A stretch of DNA of 40,268 nucleotides, taken from Candidatus Latescibacterota bacterium (GTDB taxonomy: Bacteria > Latescibacterota > 4484-107 > B68-G9). The DNA is taken from positions 1 through 40,268 of the forward strand of contig DTYS01000043.1 of NCBI GenBank assembly GCA_012961755.1, given 5' to 3'. Below, one piece after another: positions 9,279 to 16,564 of the stretch; the first letter of the stretch is position 1, and each line of letters opens with the position of its first letter. A program made the position numbers and the translations under genes. Below the pieces are notes generated by a model that did not search any database, was not told where the DNA came from, and worked only from the letters and a program-made list of their open reading frames with translations.

Positions 9279-10110
9279 CCTCGAAGTCGGGCTTTAGCAC
9301 CATGGGCTCGGCCCTCACCCCGAACCTACCCCAGGCCCTCACCATGGCCTCCGCGACCTCCTCTCCCTCTCCGAAGCACAGGGCCACTACCGATGGCCCC
9401 GCCCCGCTCAAGGCCGCGCCGCAGGCCCCCGCCTCTAAGGCCGCCTCGCGGACCTCCTCGAACCCGGGCACCGAGCTTTCCCTGTAGGGCTGGTGCAGCC
9501 TGTCCTTCGTGGCCTCCCTCAGGAGGGAAGGGTCCCCTCCCGCTAGGGCCGCGACCAAAATTGACGCCCTTCCGACGTTGTACACCGCGTCCGCGAACGG
9601 AACCCGCTCGGGAAGGAGCTTCCTGGCTGCCGAGGTGTCCGAGCTGAACTCGGGCACCGCCAAGGCCAACCTGAGGCCGGAAGGGGGATCGAGGCGGGAG
9701 AAGACCACACCGCGTTCGGTCCTCACAGCTACCACCAGTCCCCCGAAGAGTGCCGGAGCTGCGTTGTCTGGATGGCCCTCGAGCTCCGTCGCTATGTTCA
9801 GCAGTTCCTCCCTCCCGAAGGGTTCCCCCAGCAGGAGGTTCCCCGCCATTAGCCCGGCGATCCTGGCAGCGGCGCTGCTTCCAAGCCCCCTCGCCTCGGG
9901 TATCGCCTCCTCCCTCCTCACGGAGATCAGGGGCGGCCTCCTTCCGACCCTCGCGAAGGCCTCCCTCAGACCCTGGACCACGAAGTCACATCCGGGCGAG
10001 GGAGGACCCTCCGTGGAGATCTCTACGGTGAGGTAGAGCCTCAGCGCTAGGCCTATACAGTCGAACCCCGGGCCGAGGTTCGACGTGCTCGCTGGGACCC
10101 TTACCTTCAA
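9262..10110 (-). CDS. thrB: Homoserine kinase
   Basis: 'KVRVPASTSNLGPGFDCIGLAL' and the GHMP motif 'PEARGLGSSAAARIAG'. The start was re-set to TTG at 10108-10110, which overlaps the upstream stop (TTGA). The 55 upstream codons of the ORF-track call overlap the flavin reductase gene. Confidence 0.85.
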   Translation of the reverse strand: MKVRVPASTSNLGPGFDCIGLALRLYLTVEISTEGPPSPGCDFVVQGLREAFARVGRRPPLISVRREEAIPEARGLGSSAAARIAGLMAGNLLLGEPFGREELLNIATELEGHPDNAAPALFGGLVVAVRTERGVVFSRLDPPSGLRLALAVPEFSSDTSAARKLLPERVPFADAVYNVGRASILVAALAGGDPSLLREATKDRLHQPYRESSVPGFEEVREAALEAGACGAALSGAGPSVVALCFGEGEEVAEAMVRAWGRFGVRAEPMVLKPDFEGARYV

Positions 10111-10640
10111 TATTGCCCCTTGTAGCCGGTTATGCCCGTCAGGTACCTCTTCCCCGAGGGGGTGGAGCCGAAGTTGAGGAGGATCTCCTTCTCCCCCGGC
10201 TCCTCGTAGGCGGCCAGTATCCTCCCCAAGAAGACCGTGTGGTCGCCCGCGTCCGCGGTTCCCACCACCTTGCACTCGAAGTTGACCACCGCGCCCCTTA
10301 TCAGGGGAGGACGGACGTATTTGGCCGGCACGGGCTCCAGCTCGGTCTCGGCGAACTTATCCACGTCCCTGCCCGAGCGCGTGCCGCAGAGGAGGGCCGC
10401 CTCCCCCATGCGGGAGTTGGGGTACGCTAATACGAACTCCCCGGTCTCCTTCAGGAGCTCGTGGCTGAACCTGGTCTTTCCCACGGCTATCGCGGCCATG
10501 GGCGGGTCCCCCGAGGCGTGCATTGTCCAGCCTAAGGTTATTATGTTCGGGCGGCCGTTCCTATCGTCCATCGTGACCACGAGGGCTACCCACTCCGGCC
10601 TTATCCTCGCCCATCCCTCTCCGGGCCTGATCTCCCTCAT
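10107..10640 (-). CDS. Flavin reductase-like (FMN-binding split barrel) domain protein
   Basis: A Flavin_Reduct-like pattern 'VALVVTMDDRNGRPNIITLGW...PPMAAIAVGKTRFSHELL...GEFVL' and 'SGRDVDKF'. The ATG at 10638-10640 is preceded by GAGGAGGAG. Confidence 0.8.
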   Translation of the reverse strand: MREIRPGEGWARIRPEWVALVVTMDDRNGRPNIITLGWTMHASGDPPMAAIAVGKTRFSHELLKETGEFVLAYPNSRMGEAALLCGTRSGRDVDKFAETELEPVPAKYVRPPLIRGAVVNFECKVVGTADAGDHTVFLGRILAAYEEPGEKEILLNFGSTPSGKRYLTGITGYKGQY

Positions 10641-10659
10641 TTCTCCTCCTCGGCTTCCA

Positions 10660-10688
10660 AATATAATGGGATTTCCTCCATCGCACAA
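10660..10688 (-). promoter_or_regulatory. Candidate promoter (TTGTGC-17-TATATT) for the minus-strand flavin reductase..kamA array
   Basis: On the minus strand, TTGTGC lies at 10688-10683 and TATATT at 10665-10660, with a 17-nt spacer. A 6-bp inverted repeat GGGATT/AATCCC (10668-10692) brackets the spacer and could be an operator. Confidence 0.35.
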
Positions 10689-10721
10689 TCCCTTTCAGGA
10701 ACTTGCCATCGGTCTTTCGGC

Positions 10722-10750
10722 TTGACAAGGCCGACCTGTTGAGGTAAATT
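10722..10750 (+). promoter_or_regulatory. Candidate sigma70-type promoter (TTGACA-17-TAAATT) for DUF362-CTD paralogue 1
   Basis: A consensus -35 TTGACA (10722-10727), a 17-nt spacer and TAAATT (10745-10750). It lies about 35 nt upstream of the RBS TAAGGAGG and the ATG at 10785. Confidence 0.45.
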
Positions 10751-10784
10751 GAAGCAAAGATCGACCCTTCTAAGGAGGCCCAAC

Positions 10785-12821
10785 ATGAACGTGGTGTCCA
10801 ACAGGAGGTACAAGGTAGCATCGTTTTTGACGGCCTTGGCTTTGATATGCTCGGTGGCCGACAGGGGGAGGAAGGTCCCCATCCCCCCCGAGGTCGGGGC
10901 GGCATCCCCCGAAAGGTCCGTGGTGGTCATAGTCAGGTCGGACGACCCTGAACTTCCGGACCCCGCCCCTCCCGACGCCGTCCTCTCCTACGAGCAGGTG
11001 GACGCCGTGGTCAAGAGGGCGATAAGTCTGGGCAGGTTGGACAGGGTAATAGAGCCCGGGGATTGGGTCGTCTTAAAACCCAACATCGTGACCTGTACAC
11101 CTATAAAGGACAATTACTTAGGAATGGGGAACGATGGAAAGAGGCACAAGGGGCAGGTCACGGACCTGAGGGTGGTCAAAAGCGTGATAGACTATCTCGT
11201 GCATATGGAACGTCCGCCCAGGAGGATAACGATAGCCGAAGGGGGTGCCGAGTGGAGGAACTTGGACGATCCCCTGAAGAACCCGAGCCAGACCGAGGAC
11301 GGCTGGACGGTGCACTGGCCGGAGTTCGGGGGCCTTTCGTACGTGGACATAGTGGACGAGTACGACGGCGTGAACGGCGTAAAGGTGGACATAGTGGACC
11401 TCAACTACGACGACTGGCTGGACGCCGATGGGGTCGTGAGGGGCAACGGACCCCCGATTCCCGTGCCGGACCCGAACCACATGGGGATAACCTGGCTCCA
11501 GAGGCCCGAGGGGTACTACGTCTCCAAGACCCTCTTGGAGTGCGACAAGCTCATAAACCTACCCGTCATGAAGACCCACGATATACCCGGGGTCACCCTC
11601 ATATTCAAGAACTACGTGGGCACGTTCATGCAGAGGGCTTACGGCCAGACGGACAACTCCAAGATGCTGCTACACAGGTACGCCGGTAACGAGAACGTTC
11701 CTAAAGGGTTCATAGATCTGTTTTCCTACCGTCCCACGGACTATGCGATAGTCGAATGCTTCTGGGGGACGGAGGGGAACGGCCCGCAGTGGGGGGACGA
11801 CGTAAAGCTCAACTTGGTCGTGGCGGGGGGCGACCCCGTGGCCACTGAGGCCGTGGCCGCGGCGGTCATGGGCTTCAACCCCAGGGACCTGGATTACCTC
11901 TACTGGGCGGAGGCCAAGGGGTTCGGAACGTTCGATATGGACAGGATAGAGGTCGTGGGGAGGAGCATAGGGGAGGTGAGGTACAGCTTCAAGAAGTCCA
12001 AGGGATGGAGGGGGCAGGGTCCCGGATTCGTGGGGAGGCCGAACAGGGTTTGGCTTTTAAACGGCCCCTACGAGGGAAACGACCTGGACGTGGATTACAT
12101 AGATGAGCACGGCATATCCCCCGAGGAGGGGAGCGTGAGCGGTGGCAAGGAGTGGAGGAGGTACGAGGGTGGGGAGGACTACATAGACCTTTCGGAGGTT
12201 CTGGGCTTAGAACCTACGGTTACAGCGTACGCCTTCGCATACGTGTATGTGTACTCCGACCTAAACGCACAGATATGGACCGGAGCGGACGACGGGATAA
12301 AGGTGTGGCTGAACGGGGAGGTGGTTTTGGAGAAGAAGAGGGCTGGAGGCAAGACCTTGACCCGGAACAAAGTTCCGGTATACCTTAGGAAGGGTATCAA
12401 CAGGCTTCTGGTCAAGGTGAGCAACCTTTACGGAGGATACGGGTTCTCCCTCGGGATATTTGAGGAGGACGGGGATACGCCCTGGGGGCTCAGATATCTC
12501 CTGAGTCCCCAAGTCCAAGTGGGGGAGACCACGCCCGCGCCCTCGTGCTTCGCCTTGTACAGGAACTATCCGAACCCCTTCAACTGCTGGACTACCATCC
12601 CCTTCAGGGTCCCCAAGGAGAGCCTCGTCAGGCTGGACGTGTACGACCTCTCGGGAAGAAGGATAAGGACGCTCGTGAACGCCCGGATTGGCGCCGGGGA
12701 ACATCGGATCGGTTGGGACGGGAGGGACGATACGGGGAGGGAAGTGTCCAGTGGGGTATACGTGGTCAGGATGGAGGCCGGGGAGTTCTCCGATGCGTCG
12801 AAGATCACCTTGTTGCGGTAA
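10785..12821 (+). CDS. Exported DUF362 domain protein with a beta-sandwich module and a T9SS/FlgD-Ig-type C-terminal sorting domain (paralogue 1)
   Basis: The ATG at 10785 follows AAGGAGG. The N-terminus is hydrophobic ('VASFLTALALICSVA'). DUF362 pattern: 'WVVLKPNIVT', 'TDLRVVKSVIDYLV', 'ITIAEGGAEW', 'INLPVMKTHDIPGVTLIFKNYVGT', 'VVAGGDPVATEAVAAAVMGFNP'. Middle module: 'IKVWLNGEVV...GINRLLVKVSNLYGGYGF'. The C-terminal domain is listed as a separate feature. Confidence 0.8.
   Translation: MNVVSNRRYKVASFLTALALICSVADRGRKVPIPPEVGAASPERSVVVIVRSDDPELPDPAPPDAVLSYEQVDAVVKRAISLGRLDRVIEPGDWVVLKPNIVTCTPIKDNYLGMGNDGKRHKGQVTDLRVVKSVIDYLVHMERPPRRITIAEGGAEWRNLDDPLKNPSQTEDGWTVHWPEFGGLSYVDIVDEYDGVNGVKVDIVDLNYDDWLDADGVVRGNGPPIPVPDPNHMGITWLQRPEGYYVSKTLLECDKLINLPVMKTHDIPGVTLIFKNYVGTFMQRAYGQTDNSKMLLHRYAGNENVPKGFIDLFSYRPTDYAIVECFWGTEGNGPQWGDDVKLNLVVAGGDPVATEAVAAAVMGFNPRDLDYLYWAEAKGFGTFDMDRIEVVGRSIGEVRYSFKKSKGWRGQGPGFVGRPNRVWLLNGPYEGNDLDVDYIDEHGISPEEGSVSGGKEWRRYEGGEDYIDLSEVLGLEPTVTAYAFAYVYVYSDLNAQIWTGADDGIKVWLNGEVVLEKKRAGGKTLTRNKVPVYLRKGINRLLVKVSNLYGGYGFSLGIFEEDGDTPWGLRYLLSPQVQVGETTPAPSCFALYRNYPNPFNCWTTIPFRVPKESLVRLDVYDLSGRRIRTLVNARIGAGEHRIGWDGRDDTGREVSSGVYVVRMEAGEFSDASKITLLR
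12549..12818 (+). other. T9SS type-A / FlgD-Ig-like C-terminal sorting domain of paralogue 1
   Basis: 'YPNPFNCWTTIPFRVPKESLVRLDVYDLSGRRIRTLVN...GEHRIGWDGRDDTGREVSSGVYVVRMEAG...KITLLR' fits the Por_Secre_tail-type pattern: NPFN..T.I.., V.L.VYD..G+.V..L, G.H...WDG.D..G..V.SGVY. Confidence 0.7.
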
Positions 12822-12909
12822 CCGACGGCCCCCTCGGGGCTGTCCCGGCCTATCTGAAACTCTTGCTTTGCCCGGAGGTTTTGGTTTTATTTGAGCGAGG
12901 AGGTGTCGG

Positions 12910-14235
12910 ATGTTGGCCCTGTTCCTGATCCAGCTCGTCCTTTCGGAGGCCTTCGGAGGGACTTCGGTCACGGTGTACAGTGAGGGTTTCGGATTGGTTA
13001 GGGAGGTGAGGGAGGTCGAACTTAAGAAAGGAATAAACCGTCTGCCCTTCGTGGACGTGGCGGCCCGGATAGACCCGACGTCGGTGCACTTCCGTTCGCT
13101 CACGGCCCCGGAGGAGGTCAAGATCTTGGAACAGAACTTCGAGTACGACCTCGTAAGTCCCGATAAGCTCCTGGAGAAGTACGTAGACCGGGATATAACG
13201 GTGTACACCGAGGAGGGGGATATCTCGGGGAAGCTTCTGAGCCCGGGAAGGGAGATCGTCCTGGAGACCTCCGACGGGGGGGTGAAGGTGGTACGCTCGG
13301 ATGTGATAAGGAGCATATCCTTCCCTTTCCTGCCCGAGGGGCTAATAACGAGGCCGACGTTGGTGTGGGAGCTTGAGTGCGAAAGGCCGGGTAAGCATAA
13401 AGTTGAAGTTAGCTACATAACTGAGGGGATGGGATGGCATGCGGAGTACGTGGGGGTAGTGGAGGAGGGAGAGGACGCCTTAGAGCTTTCGGGATGGGTC
13501 TCGGTGGACAACCGTTCCGGGGCAACTTACGAGGATGCCCTCCTCAAGCTCGTGGCAGGAAGGCCTCACAGGGTGAAGGGGAGGCCGTTAGGTCCCCTCA
13601 GGCCGGCCCAAGCCGTGAGGAAGGAGGCCGCAGAAAGGCCGTTCGAGGAGAGGGCGTTCTTCGAGTACCACCTTTACACTTTGGGCCGCAGGACGACCTT
13701 AAAGGACCGCCAGACCAAACAGATATCCCTGTTCCCGGGGACGGAAGTTCCGGTGGAGAAGGAGTACACCTACGACGCCACGGAGGACGAAAGGCATGTC
13801 CTCGTGCGTCTGATCTTCCTCAACAGGAAGCCCGGGCTCGGCTTCCCATTACCTGCCGGAAAGGTCAGGGTGTACAAGAGGGACAAGGATGAGAGCCTTA
13901 TATTTTTGGGGGAGGATAGGATAGATCACACCCCGGAGGACGAGAAGGTGAAGATCGCTGTAGGGCAGGCCTTCGATATGCTCGGGAGGAGGAGGGTCCT
14001 AGGGCACAGGAAGATAGATGAGCACACCTCCGAGGAGAGGGTGAAGGTCGTCCTGAGGAACCACAAAAGGGAACCTGTGGAGGTGCGGGTGGTGGAGCAC
14101 CTATGGGGGGACTGGGAGATACTGGAGAGCACCCACAGGTGGGAGAAGGAGGATGCGAGGACCGTGATCTTCCCCGTGTCCGTACCGAAGAAGGGGAAGG
14201 CGGAGCTCGTCTACAGGGTCATGTACAGATGGTGA
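12910..14235 (+). CDS. Exported DUF4140/DUF4139 (MuiA-like) family protein
   Basis: Signal peptide 'MLALFLIQLVLSEAFG'. N-terminal DUF4140-like 'VTVYSEGFGLVREVREVELKKGINRLPFVDVAARIDPTSVHFRS'. DUF4139-like core 'RPTLVWELE...VEVSYITEGMGWHAEY...LSGWVSVDNRSGATYEDALLKLVAG' and C-terminal 'VVLRNHKREPVEVRVVE'. RBS GAGGAGGT precedes the ATG. Confidence 0.8.
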   Translation: MLALFLIQLVLSEAFGGTSVTVYSEGFGLVREVREVELKKGINRLPFVDVAARIDPTSVHFRSLTAPEEVKILEQNFEYDLVSPDKLLEKYVDRDITVYTEEGDISGKLLSPGREIVLETSDGGVKVVRSDVIRSISFPFLPEGLITRPTLVWELECERPGKHKVEVSYITEGMGWHAEYVGVVEEGEDALELSGWVSVDNRSGATYEDALLKLVAGRPHRVKGRPLGPLRPAQAVRKEAAERPFEERAFFEYHLYTLGRRTTLKDRQTKQISLFPGTEVPVEKEYTYDATEDERHVLVRLIFLNRKPGLGFPLPAGKVRVYKRDKDESLIFLGEDRIDHTPEDEKVKIAVGQAFDMLGRRRVLGHRKIDEHTSEERVKVVLRNHKREPVEVRVVEHLWGDWEILESTHRWEKEDARTVIFPVSVPKKGKAELVYRVMYRW

Positions 14236-14240
14236 GGGAG

Positions 14241-14975
14241 ATGCGGAGGAGCGTCCGGGAGGGCCGTAGACGGGATACATCCGCACTGGAGGAGGTGAGG
14301 ATAAGCACCGTTATATTCGACTTGGATGGCACGCTCGTGGACACGGAGCCCGACATACGCAGGGCGGTGGACCACGCCCTCGATGGGATGGGGTTTCCTC
14401 CGGCGCCTCCAGAACGGGTGAGGAAGGGGATAGGACCGGGATCTGAGATCTTCGCAAGGATCATGCTTCCGGAAGGGGGGAAGGGGAGGTGGGAGGAGTG
14501 GCTCTTCAGGTACAGGAGGTACTACACCGAGCACTGTGCAGAGCGTTCGAGGCCCTTCCCAGGCGTCCCTGAGATGTTGGAGAAGCTTAGGTCCCTATGC
14601 CGGATAGCTGTGGCTACCAACAAGCCGAGGTATATGGCCGAGAAGATATTAGATACGTTGGAACTGGGTCAGTTCGTGGACCTGGTAGTAGGGCCGGAGG
14701 ATGTTTCGAGGATAAAGCCGGACCCGGAGATGTTAGAGCTCGTCCTGACCCGCCTGGGGGGAGGACCTCTGGAGACCTTGGTGGTCGGGGATACCGACAA
14801 CGACATCTCAGCAGGGAAGTCGTTGGGGGCCTTGACCTGCGGCGTCACATGGGGATACTTCCCCGAATCGGAGCTTAAAAGGCTCAACCCGGACTTCCTG
14901 GTCGACCGACCGAGGGATGTGGTGAGGATAGTCGAGATCTTCTCGGAGGAGGTGGAGAGCCGTGGAGTACCCTGA
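14241..14975 (+). CDS. HAD-superfamily hydrolase (phosphoglycolate phosphatase-like)
   Basis: HAD motifs 'VIFDLDGTLVDT' (I), 'VATNKP' (II) and 'VGDTDNDISAG' (IV). The start is uncertain, either ATG 14241 (SD-like GGTGAGG upstream) or ATG 14229. The ORF-track start at 14103 overlaps the preceding gene. Confidence 0.8.
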   Translation: MRRSVREGRRRDTSALEEVRISTVIFDLDGTLVDTEPDIRRAVDHALDGMGFPPAPPERVRKGIGPGSEIFARIMLPEGGKGRWEEWLFRYRRYYTEHCAERSRPFPGVPEMLEKLRSLCRIAVATNKPRYMAEKILDTLELGQFVDLVVGPEDVSRIKPDPEMLELVLTRLGGGPLETLVVGDTDNDISAGKSLGALTCGVTWGYFPESELKRLNPDFLVDRPRDVVRIVEIFSEEVESRGVP

Positions 14976-15237
14976 GGACGATAAGATACTGCGCCAACTC
15001 GTGGACCCCGTGGACTTGGAGGCCTTCAGAAACCTTATGGCGAACGCCCACGCTATGGGGAAGAGCGCCGCGGAGATGATAAGGGAGGAGCCCGGCCTCA
15101 CCTCGAGACCTCGCATAAGGCAGCTCTGTCTCAAGGACAAGGGGAAGTTCATATGGGCACAACTGAGGAGGTTCTTCCGGAACTTCGGAAGGACATGGCC
15201 GGACCACAGGAGGATGCACGGTGAAGCTTTTAATTAG
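14962..15237 (+). CDS. Hypothetical small protein (91 aa)
   Basis: A GTG start lies 4-5 nt after GGAGGAGGTGGAG. The ORF overlaps the HAD stop by 14 nt and the next gene's start by 17 nt. I recognise no family, but it is in the operon orientation and not purely a shadow frame. Confidence 0.4.
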   Translation: MEYPEDDKILRQLVDPVDLEAFRNLMANAHAMGKSAAEMIREEPGLTSRPRIRQLCLKDKGKFIWAQLRRFFRNFGRTWPDHRRMHGEAFN

Positions 15238-16564
15238 CGTATCCGGAATAAGGGGGGTCGTGGGAGGTGGCCTCACTCCAGAGGAGGCGGCGAAGTTCGG
15301 CGCTGCGTTCGGCGCGTGGACCGGTGGACCCATAACCTTCGGCAGGGACACTAGGCGTACAGGGGAGATGTTGGAGATGGCGGCCACCTCCGGGATGCTT
15401 TCCGTGGGGGCGAGCGTAATAAGGCTCGGGGTGGTCCCGACCCCGACGGTCCTCTGCTTCGTGCGCTGGGAGAAGGAGGTCTCCGGAGGGGTCATAGTAA
15501 CCGCAAGCCACAACCCTATCCAGTGGAACGGCCTCAAGCTCGTGCACAGGGAGGGAAGGTTCCTGACCAGGAACGAAGGTGAGGCCGTATTGAAGCTATA
15601 CAGGGAGGGACACCCGAGGGCATCGTGGGAATATGTGGGCGAAGTCGCGGACAGGCAGGACGCCATAGACCTTCACATAGGTAAGGTCCTCTCCTCTAAG
15701 CTCATAGACCCGGATTCCATAAGAAGGAGGAAGTTCAAGGTCGTCCTTGACGCCGTGGACGGGGCGGGAAGCGAGGCCGGGGTCAGGTTCTTGAAGAGCT
15801 TGGGGTGCGACGTGGTAGAGCTCAACTGCACCCCCGACGGGAGGTTCCCGAGGGGACCGGAGCCCGTGGCCGAGAACCTTTACAAGTTAGAGGACCTCGT
15901 GAAGGAAAGTGGGGCGGACGTGGGGTTCGGGTTGGATCCAGATGCGGACAGGCTGTCTTTGGTGTCCGAAGAGGGGAAGGCGGTAGGGGGGGAGTACACC
16001 TTGGCCTTAGCGGCGAAGTTCACCTTAGGGAAGAGGCCGGGACCTTTGGTGGTCAACCTTTCCACGAGCCGTACGGCGGAGGACATCGCCGAGGAGTTCG
16101 GTGTCCCCCTCCACAGGGTGCCCGTGGGGGAGGTGAACGTGCTGACCGAGATGTTGAGGCTGGGGTCTCCCGTAGGTGGGGAGGGGAACGGTGGGGTGAT
16201 ACTTCCTGAGGTGAACTACGGTAGGGATTCGCTCGTGGGCATGGCCCTGGTGCTGCAATATATGGCCGAGTCCGGGAAGCCCATCTCCGAACTTGTAGCG
16301 GAGCTTCCCAAATATTTCATGCTCAAGGCGAGGTACAAGGACCCGGGACTGGACGGGGAGAGGGCTATGGAGAAGGTCATGGCCTACTTCGAAGGGGAGG
16401 AGGTGGACACGAGGGACGGGGTCAGGGTCACGAGGGATAAGGCCTGGGTGCACGTGAGGCCCTCCAACACCGAGCCTTTGGTGAGGGTCATAGCGGAGGC
16501 CGAGGACGAAGCGACCGCCGAGGGGCTCGTGGACGAAGTTATAAAAATTATAGCGGGGAAATGA
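15221..16564 (+). CDS. Phosphohexomutase (phosphoglucosamine/phosphomanno/phosphoglucomutase family)
   Basis: 'ISVSGIRGVVG', the active-site loop 'VIVTASHNPIQWNG', the metal loop 'GFGLDPDADRL' and the sugar loop 'GGEGNGG'. A GTG start follows AGGAGG. The substrate (GlcN, Man or Glc) is not assignable by eye. Confidence 0.85.
   Translation: MKLLISVSGIRGVVGGGLTPEEAAKFGAAFGAWTGGPITFGRDTRRTGEMLEMAATSGMLSVGASVIRLGVVPTPTVLCFVRWEKEVSGGVIVTASHNPIQWNGLKLVHREGRFLTRNEGEAVLKLYREGHPRASWEYVGEVADRQDAIDLHIGKVLSSKLIDPDSIRRRKFKVVLDAVDGAGSEAGVRFLKSLGCDVVELNCTPDGRFPRGPEPVAENLYKLEDLVKESGADVGFGLDPDADRLSLVSEEGKAVGGEYTLALAAKFTLGKRPGPLVVNLSTSRTAEDIAEEFGVPLHRVPVGEVNVLTEMLRLGSPVGGEGNGGVILPEVNYGRDSLVGMALVLQYMAESGKPISELVAELPKYFMLKARYKDPGLDGERAMEKVMAYFEGEEVDTRDGVRVTRDKAWVHVRPSNTEPLVRVIAEAEDEATAEGLVDEVIKIIAGK

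Noticed and set aside
12826-12892. A possible terminator after DUF362-CTD paralogue 1: the hairpin CGGCCCC-CTC-GGGGCTG plus a distant T-rich tract.
   Set aside because: The stem is 7 bp with a G-U pair and a 3-nt loop. The T-rich run (12877-12892) is 35 nt away. It does not fit an intrinsic terminator.
12261-13316. A 351-aa minus-strand ORF spanning the DUF362-CTD/DUF4139 junction. Similar long antisense ORFs include 29631..30761 (+), 14884..15666 (-), 17397..18269 (-), 435..932 (-) and 1200..1841 (+).
   Set aside because: These are shadow frames opposite genes with strong family motifs. Their products are Ser/Pro/Arg/Thr-rich and low-complexity, with no RBS or family signature. Long antisense ORFs are expected in GC-rich DNA.
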